From a virus (taxonomy: Duplodnaviria > Caudoviricetes): a stretch of DNA of 32,438 nucleotides. The stretch covers positions 1 through 32,438 of IMG/VR virus record IMGVR_UViG_3300043932_000099. The stretch is one strand, 5' to 3'. The translations under genes and the position numbers were made by a program. The stretch's first letter is position 1. Every line of letters begins with the position of its first letter. Below are positions 16,517 to 27,600 of the stretch, piece by piece. The notes under the pieces are model-generated. The model did not search any database. It had not been told where the DNA came from and saw nothing but the letters and a program-made list of their open reading frames with translations.

Positions 16517-17533
16517 ATGGCGACAGAAAATATTACAGTAAAAGATGATTTAAAACCACAATCCATTGATTTTACCAATCAATTTAATTCAGGCTTAACT
16601 ACTTTATTAAAGGTATTAGGTGTTACACGTAAGCAATCTATGATGGTTGGTAGTCAAATTAAAATCTATAAATCTGAAGTTAATGTAGCAGATGGTACAG
16701 TTGCAGAAGGTGAAGTAATTCCTTTATCTAAGGTAACTAAGAAATTAGATCGTACAATTGATTTGGATTTTAAAAAGCACCGTAAAGAAATTACAGCTGA
16801 AGCAATTCAAAGTTCAGGTTTTTCAGCTGCGGTTATTGATACCGATAATGAACTACTTAAGATGAACCAAAAGGATATCAAAAAGGATTTATTTGATATT
16901 GTTGCTAATGGCGATGGTGCAACTAAAGTGACAGCTGATAATTTCCAAATGGCTCTTGCTTTATCTTTAGCTAACTTGGCTATTAAGTTTGAAGATATGG
17001 ATATTCAATCAGTAGCATTCGTTAACCCAATTGATTTTTATAGTCATTTAGGTGAAACTCAAATTCAAACACAAACTGCATTTGGATTACAATACATTCA
17101 AAACTTCTTAGGCTTTAATACTATTATTCTTTCTGGTAGTGTTCCTCAAGGTAAAGTAGCAACAACCGCTGCATTGAACTTAAACGTAGCTTATGCTCCA
17201 GTGAATGGGGAATTAAGTCAAGCATTTGATTTTACTACTGATGCAACTGGATTAATCGGAATTATGCATACCTCTAAGAGTGACAATGTTTCTTATGACA
17301 CTGTAACCTTATCAGCAACTAAGATTTTCCCAGAAGTTCTTGACGGAATTATTCAAACTGATTTTTCTAAATCAAGTGGGACTTCACAAGAAGTTAAACC
17401 AACTGATAACAATGAAGAAGTTAAACCAAAGGCTAACTCATCAAAGGAAGACATTATGGCTTACTTAACTAAGAAAAATATTTCGTTTGATGAAAATGCT
17501 TCAAGAGATGACTTATTTAAACTTGTAGAGTAG
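16517..17533 (+). CDS. Major capsid protein with a C-terminal HeH/LEM-like extension
   Basis: VAEGEVIPLSKV, AFVNPID and FGLQYIQNFLG motifs; position after the scaffold gene. Confidence 0.88.
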   Translation: MATENITVKDDLKPQSIDFTNQFNSGLTTLLKVLGVTRKQSMMVGSQIKIYKSEVNVADGTVAEGEVIPLSKVTKKLDRTIDLDFKKHRKEITAEAIQSSGFSAAVIDTDNELLKMNQKDIKKDLFDIVANGDGATKVTADNFQMALALSLANLAIKFEDMDIQSVAFVNPIDFYSHLGETQIQTQTAFGLQYIQNFLGFNTIILSGSVPQGKVATTAALNLNVAYAPVNGELSQAFDFTTDATGLIGIMHTSKSDNVSYDTVTLSATKIFPEVLDGIIQTDFSKSSGTSQEVKPTDNNEEVKPKANSSKEDIMAYLTKKNISFDENASRDDLFKLVE

Positions 17534-17541
17534 GTGGTCAT

Positions 17542-17898
17542 GTGGAAGTAATTGATAAAATTAAAACATTGCTTGGTTTAAAAGATAATGATCAAGATAA
17601 TTTACTCAGCGTCATTATTGAAAATACTGAACAGGCTTTATGTTTTAAATTATCTGCTGATGAAGTTCCCAAAGAACTTAATTATGTTTTAGTTGAAGTA
17701 GCTATTAAAAGATTTAATCGTTTGAAAAACGAGGGAATGACTTCATATTCTCAAGAAGGTGAATCAATCACTTTTAATTCAAGTGATTTCGATGATTTTA
17801 GTAGTGATATTCAACAATGGCGAGTAGATAATAATAAAAATGAAAAATCACTTGGTAAAGTTCATTTCATCAATCCCTATGAGGTAAGAGTAAGATGA
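17542..17898 (+). CDS. Head-tail connector (adaptor) protein
   Basis: IKTLLG..DNLL, VPKELNYVLVEVAIKRFNR and EGMTSYSQEGESITF. Confidence 0.85.
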   Translation: MEVIDKIKTLLGLKDNDQDNLLSVIIENTEQALCFKLSADEVPKELNYVLVEVAIKRFNRLKNEGMTSYSQEGESITFNSSDFDDFSSDIQQWRVDNNKNEKSLGKVHFINPYEVRVR

Positions 17899-18212
17899 GA
17901 TATGATACGAAAGTTAATTTTTTCAGTAATGAAGAAAAGAAGTATAACCCTCGTACACATCAATATGAGGGTGGTACAAAATTAGTTGATCAAGAGATGG
18001 CTAATGTTACTGACTTAGGATTAACACGTCAAGTGGAAATTTTTGGAGCATTTAAAGAAGGAAGAAAGACCATTAGACTGATGAACAAACCACCAGAAAA
18101 ATGGTCTTTTTTAATGCTCAAAAATGATGAAAATAAATATTTTTTGCTTTCAAGTTTAAATCCATCTAAAGGATATGCTTTGATTGTAGGTGAAAATAAT
18201 GCCAAGAATTAG
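17895..18212 (+). CDS. Head-closure/stopper protein
   Basis: MRYD start; synteny within the neck module. Confidence 0.65.
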   Translation: MRYDTKVNFFSNEEKKYNPRTHQYEGGTKLVDQEMANVTDLGLTRQVEIFGAFKEGRKTIRLMNKPPEKWSFLMLKNDENKYFLLSSLNPSKGYALIVGENNAKN

Positions 18213-18597
18213 TATGAGTGTGGCAGGTACTGAAAAACTTTCACGAAAGTTGCAAGGTGGTCAATATCAAAGAAAGTCTAGAACTATTGTTAAACGCAAC
18301 GGTGCTGATCTTTCTGATAGAACCAAGAATAATATGTCACGTGTTTATACTGGTCACTATGAATGGAAAAAGGGCAGAGGAAAAGTATTCGTAAAACCTA
18401 CTGGAGCAACTAGTAAGAGTGTTACTGTTCAAATTAAGAAAGGTGGTTATTCTGCTTCTGTTGGTGCGCATACAAAATACTCACCATATCTTGAAATGGG
18501 AACAAGATTTATGGCTAAAAGACCAGCTTTGATACCAGCCTTTAGAACGCAAGGACAAATTTTTATTAAAGAATTAAAGGGTTTGATGAATGATTAA
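18199..18597 (+). CDS. HK97 gp10-like neck protein
   Basis: PTGATSKS and YSPYLEMGTRFMAKRPALIPAF. Start reassigned to MPRIS. Confidence 0.82.
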   Translation: MPRISMSVAGTEKLSRKLQGGQYQRKSRTIVKRNGADLSDRTKNNMSRVYTGHYEWKKGRGKVFVKPTGATSKSVTVQIKKGGYSASVGAHTKYSPYLEMGTRFMAKRPALIPAFRTQGQIFIKELKGLMND

Positions 18598-18976
18598 ACC
18601 ATCAATTACACAGGAACTGTATGACACTATTTATTTCAATTTAGAGAAAATGGGGTATACAGTCTATGAAAAATTACCAGAGGAAGAAGTTCCGTATCCA
18701 TTTATAGTTATGGGACCAATTCACAAAAGACATAGAAATTTAAAAACGGCTATTGGAGTTATTTGTGACGTTGATATTGACGTCTGGGGAGATTCTGACA
18801 GCCGTTTTTCTGTTGATTCGATTATTGATGAAATTGATTCAGTTACGAGAATAAATACTGATAATTGGAGTTTTATTAAACGTGTGAATGAAAGTGATTG
18901 TCAGATTTTACATGATAATTCAACAGATCATGATTTACTTCATGGTGTTATGTCTTTAATTTTTGAAAGCAGATAG
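18590..18976 (+). CDS. Tail terminator/completion protein
   Basis: VYEKLP..VPYPFIVMG, IDVW and LLHGV motifs; precedes the major tail gene. Confidence 0.75.
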   Translation: MIKPSITQELYDTIYFNLEKMGYTVYEKLPEEEVPYPFIVMGPIHKRHRNLKTAIGVICDVDIDVWGDSDSRFSVDSIIDEIDSVTRINTDNWSFIKRVNESDCQILHDNSTDHDLLHGVMSLIFESR

Positions 18977-18989
18977 GAAGGATAAATTT

Positions 18990-19574
18990 ATGGCAAGTGA
19001 AATTCAAGTATTGCAAGGTATGGATACCTTGGCATATGTACGATTACAAGAAAATGAAACCAAAGAAAGAGGTCAGTTGATTCCTTATCAAACTTCTTTG
19101 AGTTTTGAACCGCAAAGAGATACGGATACTACTAAGACTAAATCGGGAGTGGTTTCAACAACAAGTGCATTAGAAACTGATTTGGAAGTTGAGTTTGTAA
19201 ATAATATTTCTAAAGTTTCAGATGATTTATATGAATCTCTTATCAAGAATAAGAAAATCGAAGTTTGGGTTGTCTATCGTAAGCGTAAAAACTCTCAAGG
19301 TCAGTATTACGCTTGGTACATGCGTGGAATGGTTTCAGACGACAGTAATGATAACGATCCAGACGATAATTCAACACGAGATGTTACTTTTACTATTGAT
19401 GGAGAACCACAACGAGGTTGGTTAACTCTTCCAGATGAAGCAGAAGAAGAATTAGCATACGTATTCCGTGGAATGGGTGTGGTATCTGATAGTGACCAAA
19501 CTGGTCAAGGTGTAGCTTGGGATGCCAAAGATCGTGGTTCCGGTACAGATACCCAGCCAGCGAGTAAAGCCTAA
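18990..19574 (+). CDS. Major tail protein, TP901-1 family
   Basis: PYQTSLSFE, TKTKSG, IEVW and GEPQRGWLTL motifs. Start MASEI (18990) after AGGA. Confidence 0.85.
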   Translation: MASEIQVLQGMDTLAYVRLQENETKERGQLIPYQTSLSFEPQRDTDTTKTKSGVVSTTSALETDLEVEFVNNISKVSDDLYESLIKNKKIEVWVVYRKRKNSQGQYYAWYMRGMVSDDSNDNDPDDNSTRDVTFTIDGEPQRGWLTLPDEAEEELAYVFRGMGVVSDSDQTGQGVAWDAKDRGSGTDTQPASKA

Positions 19575-19616
19575 AGTAGAATCAAAGCAAACAGAAAATA
19601 CAGGAGATAAGAAATA

Positions 19617-19946
19617 ATGGAAATCACAATTGAAGGTAAGAAATATCAATTAAATTTTGGCGTTGGATTCGTAAGAGATCTTGATGAAAAGTATGGAATG
19701 TCTAATCAAGCTGGTTTTAGTTTAGGTATGGCTTTAACTAAAGCATTACCAGCATTAAATGCATATGACCCAGCTGTTTTATCAGAAGTAATTCAATGTG
19801 CAGCAGAGCCATCAGTTTCATTAGCTAAAGTAGATGGTCTAATTGATGATCCCGAAACTGATATTGAAAAGTTGTTTACTGATGTGCTTAAGGAACTATC
19901 AGAAGCTAATGCTGTAAAGTTAGCAGCAAAAAAATTCAAAAACTAG
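19617..19946 (+). CDS. Tail assembly chaperone (gpG-like)
   Basis: MEITIEGKKYQLNFGVGFVRDLD; lies between the major tail and tape measure genes. Confidence 0.85.
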   Translation: MEITIEGKKYQLNFGVGFVRDLDEKYGMSNQAGFSLGMALTKALPALNAYDPAVLSEVIQCAAEPSVSLAKVDGLIDDPETDIEKLFTDVLKELSEANAVKLAAKKFKN

Positions 19947-20392
19947 ATAGGCATGAAAATAAAACGAGTGAACAGGAATATCATGAAATCTTGTTAAATT
20001 CATTAGCATATCTAGGTTTTCACTCACTAAAAGATATTCGGCATATGACATTAGCTGAATACCAACTAAGAATGGAGGCTTATAGCCTTCAGCAAATCAA
20101 AATTCAAGAAAGACTGCATTTGCAGGCTTTTCTTAATCAAACTGTTCAAGCTACTAAAGGAAGTAAGAAACATCCTAAACCTTACTATGGGAAGTTTGAG
20201 CAGTTTTTTGATGCTCAAAAAATGGTCGATAAAGTTAGATCGGCTTATGAACCTGACTATATTCCACGTTCTCAAGAAAAATTGAATATTGAACAGATTT
20301 TTACTAAGAGACTTGAAGAGTTCAAACGACTAAAGAAAGCAGGGAAGATAATTCCACTAAAGGATAGGAAGGAGGTACCAGATGGCAGATAA
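19928..20392 (+). CDS. Tail assembly chaperone extension (gpGT-like), reached by -1 frameshift
   Basis: Slippery A AAA AAA at 19928-19934; the -1 frame is open from there to TAA 20392. The ORF-track TTG 19991 has only a weak RBS. Confidence 0.75.
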   Translation, partial: KKIQKLDRHENKTSEQEYHEILLNSLAYLGFHSLKDIRHMTLAEYQLRMEAYSLQQIKIQERLHLQAFLNQTVQATKGSKKHPKPYYGKFEQFFDAQKMVDKVRSAYEPDYIPRSQEKLNIEQIFTKRLEEFKRLKKAGKIIPLKDRKEVPDGR

Positions 20393-23300
20393 CCTAATAC
20401 AAGCTACTTTAGCTTTAAAAGATTTAAATTTTAGCTCTGGATTACAGAATGCTACTAGACAACTGCAAAGTTTTAGCAATTCAACCAATGGCATGAATAG
20501 CCAAATGCAAAATTTCGGTAGTGGTTTAGAAAACATGGGTAATAGTGTAGCTAATGCTGGTACTAAAATCCAAAACTTTGGTAATAATGCTCAAAAACAT
20601 TTATCTGGAATTGGTAAAGGGATGATGGTGGCTGGTGCAGCTACTACTGCTATGGGAATGAACTCCGTTAAGTCCTTTGGTCAATTTCAGCAATCTTTGA
20701 ACACCGCAGCTGTTGTAGCAGGCGGTACAAGTAAAGATATTGCTGGATTGTCAGAAGTAGCCAATAAAATGGGTGCCGATCTTCCATTAAGCGCACAAGA
20801 TGCGGCCGATGCCATGATTGAAATGGCAAGAAACGGTGCATCCCTTGATGATTTAAAACAACAATTCCCAGCGATTGCCAAAGCAGCAACTGCTGCTGGT
20901 TCAGATTTACAAGCCACCGCTGGTGTTGTTCAGCTTGCAATGAATGTTTGGGGTAAATCTTTAAAATCTCCCGAACAAGCAGCAGAAATTTTAGTTCAAA
21001 CAGCCAACTTATCAAATGCGTCTGTTGAGGACATGCAGGAAGTTATCGGTACTTTGGGACCAACTGCTAACATGGCAGGCTATGGTATGCGTGATATGTC
21101 GACTGCTATTGGTTTAGTAACTAATCACGGTATGTCCGCAGCTAATGCAGCACAAGATTTAAACTTTGCTTTACTGAAAATGATGGCACCAACTAAAGTA
21201 TCATCCGGTGCTATGGAAGCTTTAGGATTAAAAGTTCGTGATGCTCAAGGAGACATGCGACCACTTCCAGCAATCTTAGAAGATGTGGCTAATGCTACAG
21301 CCCATATGTCTAAGGAACAGCGAGACGCTGTACTTAAAGATTTATGGGGTACTGCTGGTATGAAGGCTATGCTACCACTTCTTGATTCTGTAAAAGATAA
21401 GACTGGAAATACTGCTACTTCTTGGAATGCCTTTAGTGGTGCATTAGATAAAGCAGCAGGATCAACAGAAGCAGCAACTAAATCACTAGATACTCAAGCT
21501 AGTGAAATGCAGAAAAATATTGGTGCTAAGGTTGAACAGGTTGGAGGTAACTGGGAATCCTTAAGAAATTCAGTTATGCAATCTAATCAAGGAATAGCAG
21601 GCTCAATGTTAGATAATACTAACCACATGCTTGAATGGGCAAAAGATTCTGATGACGCTTTAGCACAAGTAACTCGTGGTTTTATTGCTTTAAGTCCTGT
21701 AATTGGACCGGCAATGACTGCCATGGGTGGTTTTTTAACTAATTTCAGTAAAATTACTGGAGTTATAGGGGGAACTGTTAAAGGATTAGGAAATTTAGCT
21801 TCAACCATTGGTGTAGTTTCTCAAGCATTGAATGCTGGTAAAGGAATTTCAGGTGCAGCAACAGCATTAGGAGAGTTGGCAAGTAAATCTAAAATTGCAA
21901 GAGTTGCGCAAATTGCTTTTAGTACGGCTACAAAAATTGCAACAGGGATCCAAACAGCTTTTAATGCAGTTATGGCGATGAATCCATATGCACTGATTGC
22001 TATTGCAATAGCAGCGGTTGTCGCTGCATTAGTTCTATTTTTTACTAAGACAAAAATGGGACAACAAATCTGGCAGAATTTTACAAAGTTCTTATCAGAC
22101 GCTTGGAATAACCTGAAAGAATTAGCTGGTACTGTATGGGAAGGAATTACTTCCACAATTAGTCAAGCAAGTGAAGGCGTTAAGCAAGGATGGGATAGTA
22201 CTAAAGAATGGTTCGGTAATTTATGGACTGGTATTAAAGATGGTGCAACTAGTGCTTGGAGTGGATTTTCTGAATTTATGGCACCAGTTGTTCAAGCAGT
22301 TCAAAATGCATGGAATGGATTAACAGATTTCTTTAGTAATCTTTGGAATGAGATAAAAAACGCATGTCAAAATGTTTGGAATTCATTCGTTGAAGGCATG
22401 ACGCCAATCATTGAATCAATTAAGAACTTATGGAGTGCATTAACCGAATTCTTTAGTGTTCTATGGCAAGGAATTGTTTCGGCTGCAACAGTAATCTGGA
22501 ATGGTTTAGTAGCTATTTTTACTCCGATAATTGAAGCAATAAAAGCTGTTTGGCAGGGATTAACACAATTCTTTAGTGCCTTATGGCAAGGAATTATTAC
22601 TGTTGCTCAAACAATCTGGAATGGTTTAGTTGCAGTATTTCAAGCAGTTTGGAACGCAATTCAAACTGCTGCACAAGTAGCTTGGCAAGTTTTATCAACA
22701 ATGTTACAGACTACTTGGCAAAATATCGTAACCATAGCTCAAACTATTTGGAATAGTTTAGTAACCATAATTAGTGGAATCTGGGAAAACATTAAAACGG
22801 TTGTTTCAACTGCTTTAGGCGTTATTTCTAGCACAATTCAAACTATTATGGGTATCATTCAATCAATATGGCAAACTTCTTGGAATATTTTAACTACCAT
22901 TATTTCAACCATATGGAAAGCTATCTCTATTGTGGTTTCTACCACTATCAATGCCATAGCTGGCATTATTAGAGCAGTAACTCAGGCAATTCAAGGTAAT
23001 TGGTCTGGCGCATGGAATGAGATCAAAGATGTAGCAAGCACAATCTGGAATGGTATTAAATCTCTTGCCTCTACTATTTTTAATGGGGTTAAATCTATTA
23101 TTTCTTCTGTATTAAATGGCATACGGGGAATATGGAATTCAATTTGGAATGGAATTAGAGGTATTACATCATCAGTCTGGAACGGTATTAAAGGAATAAT
23201 TTCAAACAGTTTAGGAGCCATTTTGAATTTAGCTTCTAATATTATGAATGGCGTTAAGGGTGTATTTAGTAATGGATGGAACGGAGTTCAGAATATCTTC

Positions 23301-23825
23301 AATATCGGAGTGAATTTGATAAAAGGCGCATTTAACTTTTCATTGTTTAACCAAGGCTTTAGAATTATCAATTCATTTTTAGAAGGATTGCAAAGCGCAT
23401 TTAGAAGCGTTCAATCTTTTGTCTCAGGAATTGGTTCATGGATTCAAAGCCATAAAGGGCCAAAGCAATACGACTTACACTTATTAATTCCAGCTGGTGG
23501 CTACATTATGAGTGGTTTCCAAAAAGGATTAGAAAATGGTTACAGTGATGTTCAATCCTTTATAGGTGGAATTGCTGATGATATAGCTGGTACATCATTT
23601 AATGCACCAAATTTGAATACGCAAAGGTTAGATTGGCAGATCAGTCAACTTAATAGTAATATGCGTAATTCTTTGTCTGCTAATGTTGACCAACGCTTGA
23701 GTTTAGAAAAGCAACCGGCTTATATTGATTTAACTCTTGGTGGAACTGAGTATAGAACATTTGTGGATGATATTAGTAGAGAACAAGGCAAACAGGCAGA
23801 ATTCAAACGTAATTATAAATTTTAG
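20382..23825 (+). CDS. Tail tape measure protein
   Basis: 1147 aa, Ala/Gly-rich; TP901-type core; Trp-periodic 11-residue repeats and a 120-bp repeat period (22329, 22449, 22569). Confidence 0.95.
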   Translation: MADNLIQATLALKDLNFSSGLQNATRQLQSFSNSTNGMNSQMQNFGSGLENMGNSVANAGTKIQNFGNNAQKHLSGIGKGMMVAGAATTAMGMNSVKSFGQFQQSLNTAAVVAGGTSKDIAGLSEVANKMGADLPLSAQDAADAMIEMARNGASLDDLKQQFPAIAKAATAAGSDLQATAGVVQLAMNVWGKSLKSPEQAAEILVQTANLSNASVEDMQEVIGTLGPTANMAGYGMRDMSTAIGLVTNHGMSAANAAQDLNFALLKMMAPTKVSSGAMEALGLKVRDAQGDMRPLPAILEDVANATAHMSKEQRDAVLKDLWGTAGMKAMLPLLDSVKDKTGNTATSWNAFSGALDKAAGSTEAATKSLDTQASEMQKNIGAKVEQVGGNWESLRNSVMQSNQGIAGSMLDNTNHMLEWAKDSDDALAQVTRGFIALSPVIGPAMTAMGGFLTNFSKITGVIGGTVKGLGNLASTIGVVSQALNAGKGISGAATALGELASKSKIARVAQIAFSTATKIATGIQTAFNAVMAMNPYALIAIAIAAVVAALVLFFTKTKMGQQIWQNFTKFLSDAWNNLKELAGTVWEGITSTISQASEGVKQGWDSTKEWFGNLWTGIKDGATSAWSGFSEFMAPVVQAVQNAWNGLTDFFSNLWNEIKNACQNVWNSFVEGMTPIIESIKNLWSALTEFFSVLWQGIVSAATVIWNGLVAIFTPIIEAIKAVWQGLTQFFSALWQGIITVAQTIWNGLVAVFQAVWNAIQTAAQVAWQVLSTMLQTTWQNIVTIAQTIWNSLVTIISGIWENIKTVVSTALGVISSTIQTIMGIIQSIWQTSWNILTTIISTIWKAISIVVSTTINAIAGIIRAVTQAIQGNWSGAWNEIKDVASTIWNGIKSLASTIFNGVKSIISSVLNGIRGIWNSIWNGIRGITSSVWNGIKGIISNSLGAILNLASNIMNGVKGVFSNGWNGVQNIFNIGVNLIKGAFNFSLFNQGFRIINSFLEGLQSAFRSVQSFVSGIGSWIQSHKGPKQYDLHLLIPAGGYIMSGFQKGLENGYSDVQSFIGGIADDIAGTSFNAPNLNTQRLDWQISQLNSNMRNSLSANVDQRLSLEKQPAYIDLTLGGTEYRTFVDDISREQGKQAEFKRNYKF

Positions 23826-23837
23826 GAGGTAGTTATC

Positions 23838-24629
23838 ATGTATAAATTTAGAGATTTAGAACTAGCACGGTCTCCCACTGTGGAGACTAGACCAGCTGAC
23901 GCTTTAAATTATGATGGGCATTGGTTAGATGATGAGATTGCTGAATTTAAAACATTGACTGTAAGTGGTCGAGATGATTTTAGTAGATCACTTAACATGG
24001 CTGAATTATCCTCTGATGGATCGCAATACCTGAGTTCAAGATTTACTGATAAAAAACTTGAAGTTAAGTTTTTTCTGGATTGTGATAACGCTAGTGAATA
24101 TGAAAATGTGGTTTCTAAGATTAAACGAATTCTTTACCCTCCTCAAAAGAAGATCAAATTTAATGACGAACAGAATTATTACTACATTGGAACAGTAGAC
24201 AATTTTGTTCTTGATAACCCACTATATTCCACTACTGGGAAGATTAGTTTTACAGTAAGTAATCCCTATAAATTATCTGAAATCAAAAAAATAGAAGGTA
24301 CAGGAACAACAATTACAATTCATGATAGCGAATTGCAATACCCTAATTTACCTTCTATTTTGAAGTTTATTCCCACTGCTGGCGGAGCAAATATTTCTAT
24401 CAATAATGCTAAGCAGCATAAGTCGATCAGTGCAAAGGTATCATATTCAAGTGGTAATGAGATTATTTTTGATTTTAAAAAGTTAGAGTTCTATGTAAAT
24501 AAGGTATCTCATTTAATGGATATTGATTTGAGTTCAAATATTGGAGATTTTTACATAGCCGATGGTGATACGATTACAACAAATATTACTGGAAAATATG
24601 AATTAGATTATGAGGTGAAACGACTTTGA
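23838..24629 (+). CDS. Distal tail protein (Dit)
   Basis: MYKFRDL, FKTLTVSGRD and F.VSNPYK motifs; follows the tape measure gene. Confidence 0.85.
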   Translation: MYKFRDLELARSPTVETRPADALNYDGHWLDDEIAEFKTLTVSGRDDFSRSLNMAELSSDGSQYLSSRFTDKKLEVKFFLDCDNASEYENVVSKIKRILYPPQKKIKFNDEQNYYYIGTVDNFVLDNPLYSTTGKISFTVSNPYKLSEIKKIEGTGTTITIHDSELQYPNLPSILKFIPTAGGANISINNAKQHKSISAKVSYSSGNEIIFDFKKLEFYVNKVSHLMDIDLSSNIGDFYIADGDTITTNITGKYELDYEVKRL

Positions 24630-27600
24630 TTTTTTATTTATTGAATAAAGGACAGCAAACAGTTAAATTGCTAAATAATGATGAAACTATTGAATCTAAT
24701 TTAGATGAAGCAATTAATACAGCTAGTGAGTTAAAGTTTAGTTTGCCACTTCAAAAACGATTAGACAGTAATATTTACTATATTCTCATTCCTGAATATC
24801 ATGGGAATGATTTTTTAATGTTTAAGATTATTTCTGAAGATATTCAAAAGGATAGAGTAGAATATAGCGCTGTTGAATCAGCCTATGATGAACTTAAATC
24901 ATATGAATACATTAAAGATATAAGACCACATCAAATGAATGCTGCTCAAATGCTTCAGCAAGTACTTAAAAATACACGTTGGAGTTTAGGCTATGTAGAA
25001 GACACGGGTATTCAAAGTACAACTTTTTACTATGTGACGATTCTTGAAGCAATTCAGAAGGTTGTTGATCTTTTTAAAGTTGAACTTACTTTCACTATTC
25101 AGCTTGATCCAGTAACACAAAAAATTACTGGTCGAAGAGTTAACTTGTATCAACAACAAGGTAGAAGAACAGGGAAAAGATTTGAGTACGGTTCAAATTT
25201 ACTAACTGTTACTCGTGAAGAAGATAGTCAAAATTTAGTTACTGCCTTAGTAGGTCGTGGTAAAGGTGTTCAAGTTTCTGGTCAAGACACGGAAGATACT
25301 TCTGATGATGGCTATGGTAGAAGATTGACTTTTGCCGATGTTGAATGGAAGACGTCAGCAGGCGCTCCAGTTAATAAACCTAAAGGCCAAGAATATGTAG
25401 AAGATCCTAAGGCCACCGCCGTATATGGTTTTAGTGATGGGCATCCTAGAATTGGATTAGTAACTTTTGAAGATATTGAAGATCCTAATCAGTTAATTAA
25501 TGCAACATGGTCAGCGTTACTAGAAGCCAAGCGACCAAAAGTGTCTTTTAAAGCGGAGGTAACTGACGTTGGCAATCTGCAACTAGGTGATACTATTGCA
25601 ATTATTAGGCATGACTTAGGAATTGAATACTTTACGCGTGTTTACAAAGTTCATCATAATTTAAAAGATGAAAATCGAAACACTGTTGAAATGGGGGATG
25701 ATTTTAGTAGTCGCTCAATAACTAGTGCAATTTCAAATGCTATTCAAATTTCTCAAGACGCAACAATGATAGCTAATACAGCTGCAATTGCTGCTAATGG
25801 TAAAAATAGAAATTTTTATAGTAATACAAAACCCAATTGGGCTAATGAAGGTGACAATCTTTTCTTAAATCTAGGCAATGGCGAAACAGAAATGTGGGTT
25901 TGGCATCATGGTCAATGGGAATTTGTTCAATCCACAGTTGAACTTCATACAGTTCAAAAAGAGGTAAAAGAAGCACAAGACGGCTTGAAAGATGCTAAGA
26001 AAGAAATAGCAGATAATCTTGCAAAAGCTGATAGCGATATTGCTGAACTTAATGAAAGTATAGCTGGGCAAAATTCAAAGATTGATGGATTGAGTACTAG
26101 TGTAAATACTGTTGTAATTTCTAAAGTCACTGATATTACTAATCAAGTATCTGATGTTGTTACTAAGGTAAATGAGCAGAAAAATATTGTTACTGAGTTA
26201 AAAAATCAAGCTACTCAGCAGGGTAAGGATATCTCTAAGATCACTACAGACATTCATGGTGTAACCGTTGATTTAGCTAACTTATCTGGGGATGTAAATC
26301 AAACTAAGGCTACTGTGCAAGGGCTACAGACTACATTAGGCAATGCTCAGGGAGATATAGCACAAATTAAGGTAGATGCCAAAAAGCTTTCTACTAGTTT
26401 ATCTGGCAAGGTTGATAATTCTACGTATGCTAATTTTGTTAGTGCTACTAATAATGCACTGAACGCTAAGTTAGTGGCTAGTGATTTAAATGGATATGCA
26501 AAGACCATCGATGTTCAAGCTACGGCTAATGGCTTGCAGATTAATATTAATAGTATTGCAGATCGAATGAACAACCTAAAAATAGGTGCAGAGAATCTAT
26601 TGGCTAATACAGGAGATCTTAAAGATTATCAAACTAATAATAATGGTCAGATACAAGATATTGCTAAGAGTAACTATATTCCCATGATCTTAAATCATAC
26701 TGAACTTACTCACATGGGACATGTTTGGAGTGACTGGCAAAGCGTTTACTCGGATCAGGAGGTAATTTTAGAAAAAGATAAACCCTATTGGTTTGGTTTT
26801 TATGTATGTACAGATAAATATAATGAAAGTCCATTTGGCAATATAAATATTTTTGGTGTGAAGAAAGGTAATGATCTATCGCATTCTAAAGTTTTTATAG
26901 GACAAAATACTGAGGATTATTCATATTTTGGAGGCGCTGCTAAGCACTGGGTTTGGCATACATATAAAATTATGGGGGATGGTGAAACCTATAGTGGTCT
27001 CAGGGTAGAAGGAAGTAAAAGTAAAGGCGGTTCGGCGTATGTTGCTGGATACACATTAGTTCAATCGGATGTAGCACCTACGGGACATATCAGTTCGCTT
27101 GAAGATACTAAACATGAATTATCACAGTTATCAGCTCAAATTACTGCCAACAATCAAAAATTTAGTTCTTATTACACAAAGATTGAAACTGATAGTAAAG
27201 CTAATACTGCGAAGAACGATGCCATCAATTCTATTAAAAATGATGGCAATTGGCACGGACTGACTAATATTTTGACTAACAGTAGCTTTCTTCAAACATC
27301 GAACGGGTTTACTCAAAAGGTTCAACAAACTGCTCAGCCTATGATTAATTCAGCGAACAGTGGTGGAGTAAATTTGCTCACTAACACATATGATTTCAAT
27401 GGATTTTCTAGTGAACAGAAAGGTAGATGGAATTTCGAGCCTAAAAGTAATTATTCGAATAATGCTGGTTTTGCTTTAATAAAGACAATGGTTGCACATA
27501 TATATGGTAATAGTTGGAATAATTCAAAATTGAACTTCAACCAAACCATATATTTACCAGCAGGAACATATACTATGAGTTTCTTAGCTAGTGTTAATAA

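Noticed and set aside
22060-23300. Periodic repeats as a CRISPR array or novel repeat element
   Set aside because: They are coding Trp-periodic tape-measure repeats, with no identical DNA repeats or spacers.
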